DNA of 26,956 nucleotides from Sumerlaeia bacterium (GTDB lineage Bacteria; Sumerlaeota; Sumerlaeia; UBA8349): NCBI GenBank assembly GCA_035527775.1, contig DATKZW010000647.1, positions 1 to 26,956 of the forward strand, read 5' to 3'. Shown piece by piece: positions 26,262 to 26,956 of this stretch (position 1 is its first letter; each line of letters starts with the position of its first letter). The notes under the pieces were generated by a model. It saw only the letters and a program-made list of their open reading frames with translations, ran no database searches and was not told where the DNA came from. The position numbers and the translations under genes were made by a program.

Positions 26262-26888
26262 ATGAAAAGCCGGAAAGAGACTCGCCTTCAGCCAATGGCA
26301 GGGTTCACCCTTATTGAGCTGCTCATCGTTGTGGCCATCATCGCGATCTTGGCGGCCATTGCCGTTCCCAATTTCCTCGAAGCGCAGGTCCGCTCGAAGG
26401 TGTCGCGCGTGCATAGCGACTTCCACACGATCGCCATCGCGATCAACGCCTACGCCGTGGATCACGGCCGGCCGCCGATCGACGCCAACTACGGCGTGAC
26501 TCTCGGTCTCTGGCCCTCGGAAGGACGCGACGCCGTGTACCAGTTCTTCACCACGCCGATCGCTTACCTGACGTCGGCGCCCGTGGACGTTTTTCTCGAG
26601 AAAGTCGGCAGGCGTGAAGAGTCCCGAAGCCCGCAGAAATGCTACTACTATCACTGCCTGATGGATCCCATGGGCGCAGTAACCGCCAACAGCGCCGATG
26701 GATACCGGCTGGGATACATCTGGTACGTGCGTTCTCTGGGGCCGGACCGCGTGGCGAAGGAGCCGTTCTTCCTCGACGCCGTGGTCAGCAGAAACTTGGC
26801 CAACGTCTATGACCCCACGAACGGCACGATATCGGCCGGCGACATCTGGTGGTCGAACAAGGGACTGTGCACTGGGGACAACCTCTGA
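26262..26888 (+). CDS. Prepilin-type N-terminal cleavage/methylation domain protein (paralogue 4)
   Basis: GAGGGAG RBS; PMAG|FTLIELLIVV...; FTTPIAY; SLGPD; YDPTNGTISAGDI. Confidence 0.92.
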   Translation: MKSRKETRLQPMAGFTLIELLIVVAIIAILAAIAVPNFLEAQVRSKVSRVHSDFHTIAIAINAYAVDHGRPPIDANYGVTLGLWPSEGRDAVYQFFTTPIAYLTSAPVDVFLEKVGRREESRSPQKCYYYHCLMDPMGAVTANSADGYRLGYIWYVRSLGPDRVAKEPFFLDAVVSRNLANVYDPTNGTISAGDIWWSNKGLCTGDNL

Positions 26889-26956
26889 GGGGGCGGCTGA
26901 CGAGTCGGAACGGATGAGTCTGGCATCGAGGGGGGGCCCCATCTGCGATCCCGGCT

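Overview
GC-rich bacterial chromosome segment. The GspG-like pilin paralogues (FTLIELLIVVAIIAILAAIAVPNFLEAQ...GPD...YDPTNG) suggest Ca. Sumerlaeota or a related candidate phylum (inference only). 1-5240 (- strand) is an accessory polymorphic-toxin patchwork: a start-less Rhs core whose C-terminal domain has the zinc-ligand pattern of the phospholipase C/P1-nuclease fold, a lipoprotein immunity candidate, a HEAT-repeat lipoprotein, a second Rhs core fragment and a near-identical copy of the toxin 3' end. 5242-13353 (-) holds pilin-like gene 1, a partial rnf cluster (rnfB-methyltransferase-rnfC-rnfD, no G/E/A), an HldC-GmhB fusion, a lone mreB and rpmG. 13777-22969 (+) holds a TolC-family gene, a protein with an MFP-type hairpin, NEW3/Ig domains and a C-terminal anchor, an ABC-2 ATPase and permease, ftsH and a coiled-coil OmpA/MotB lipoprotein. 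23007-26888 holds three more pilin-like paralogues, a URO-D-family gene, REP-like repeats and a sulfatase remnant. No rRNA, tRNA, CRISPR array or transposase was recognised. All calls come from manual motif reading; no database searches were run.
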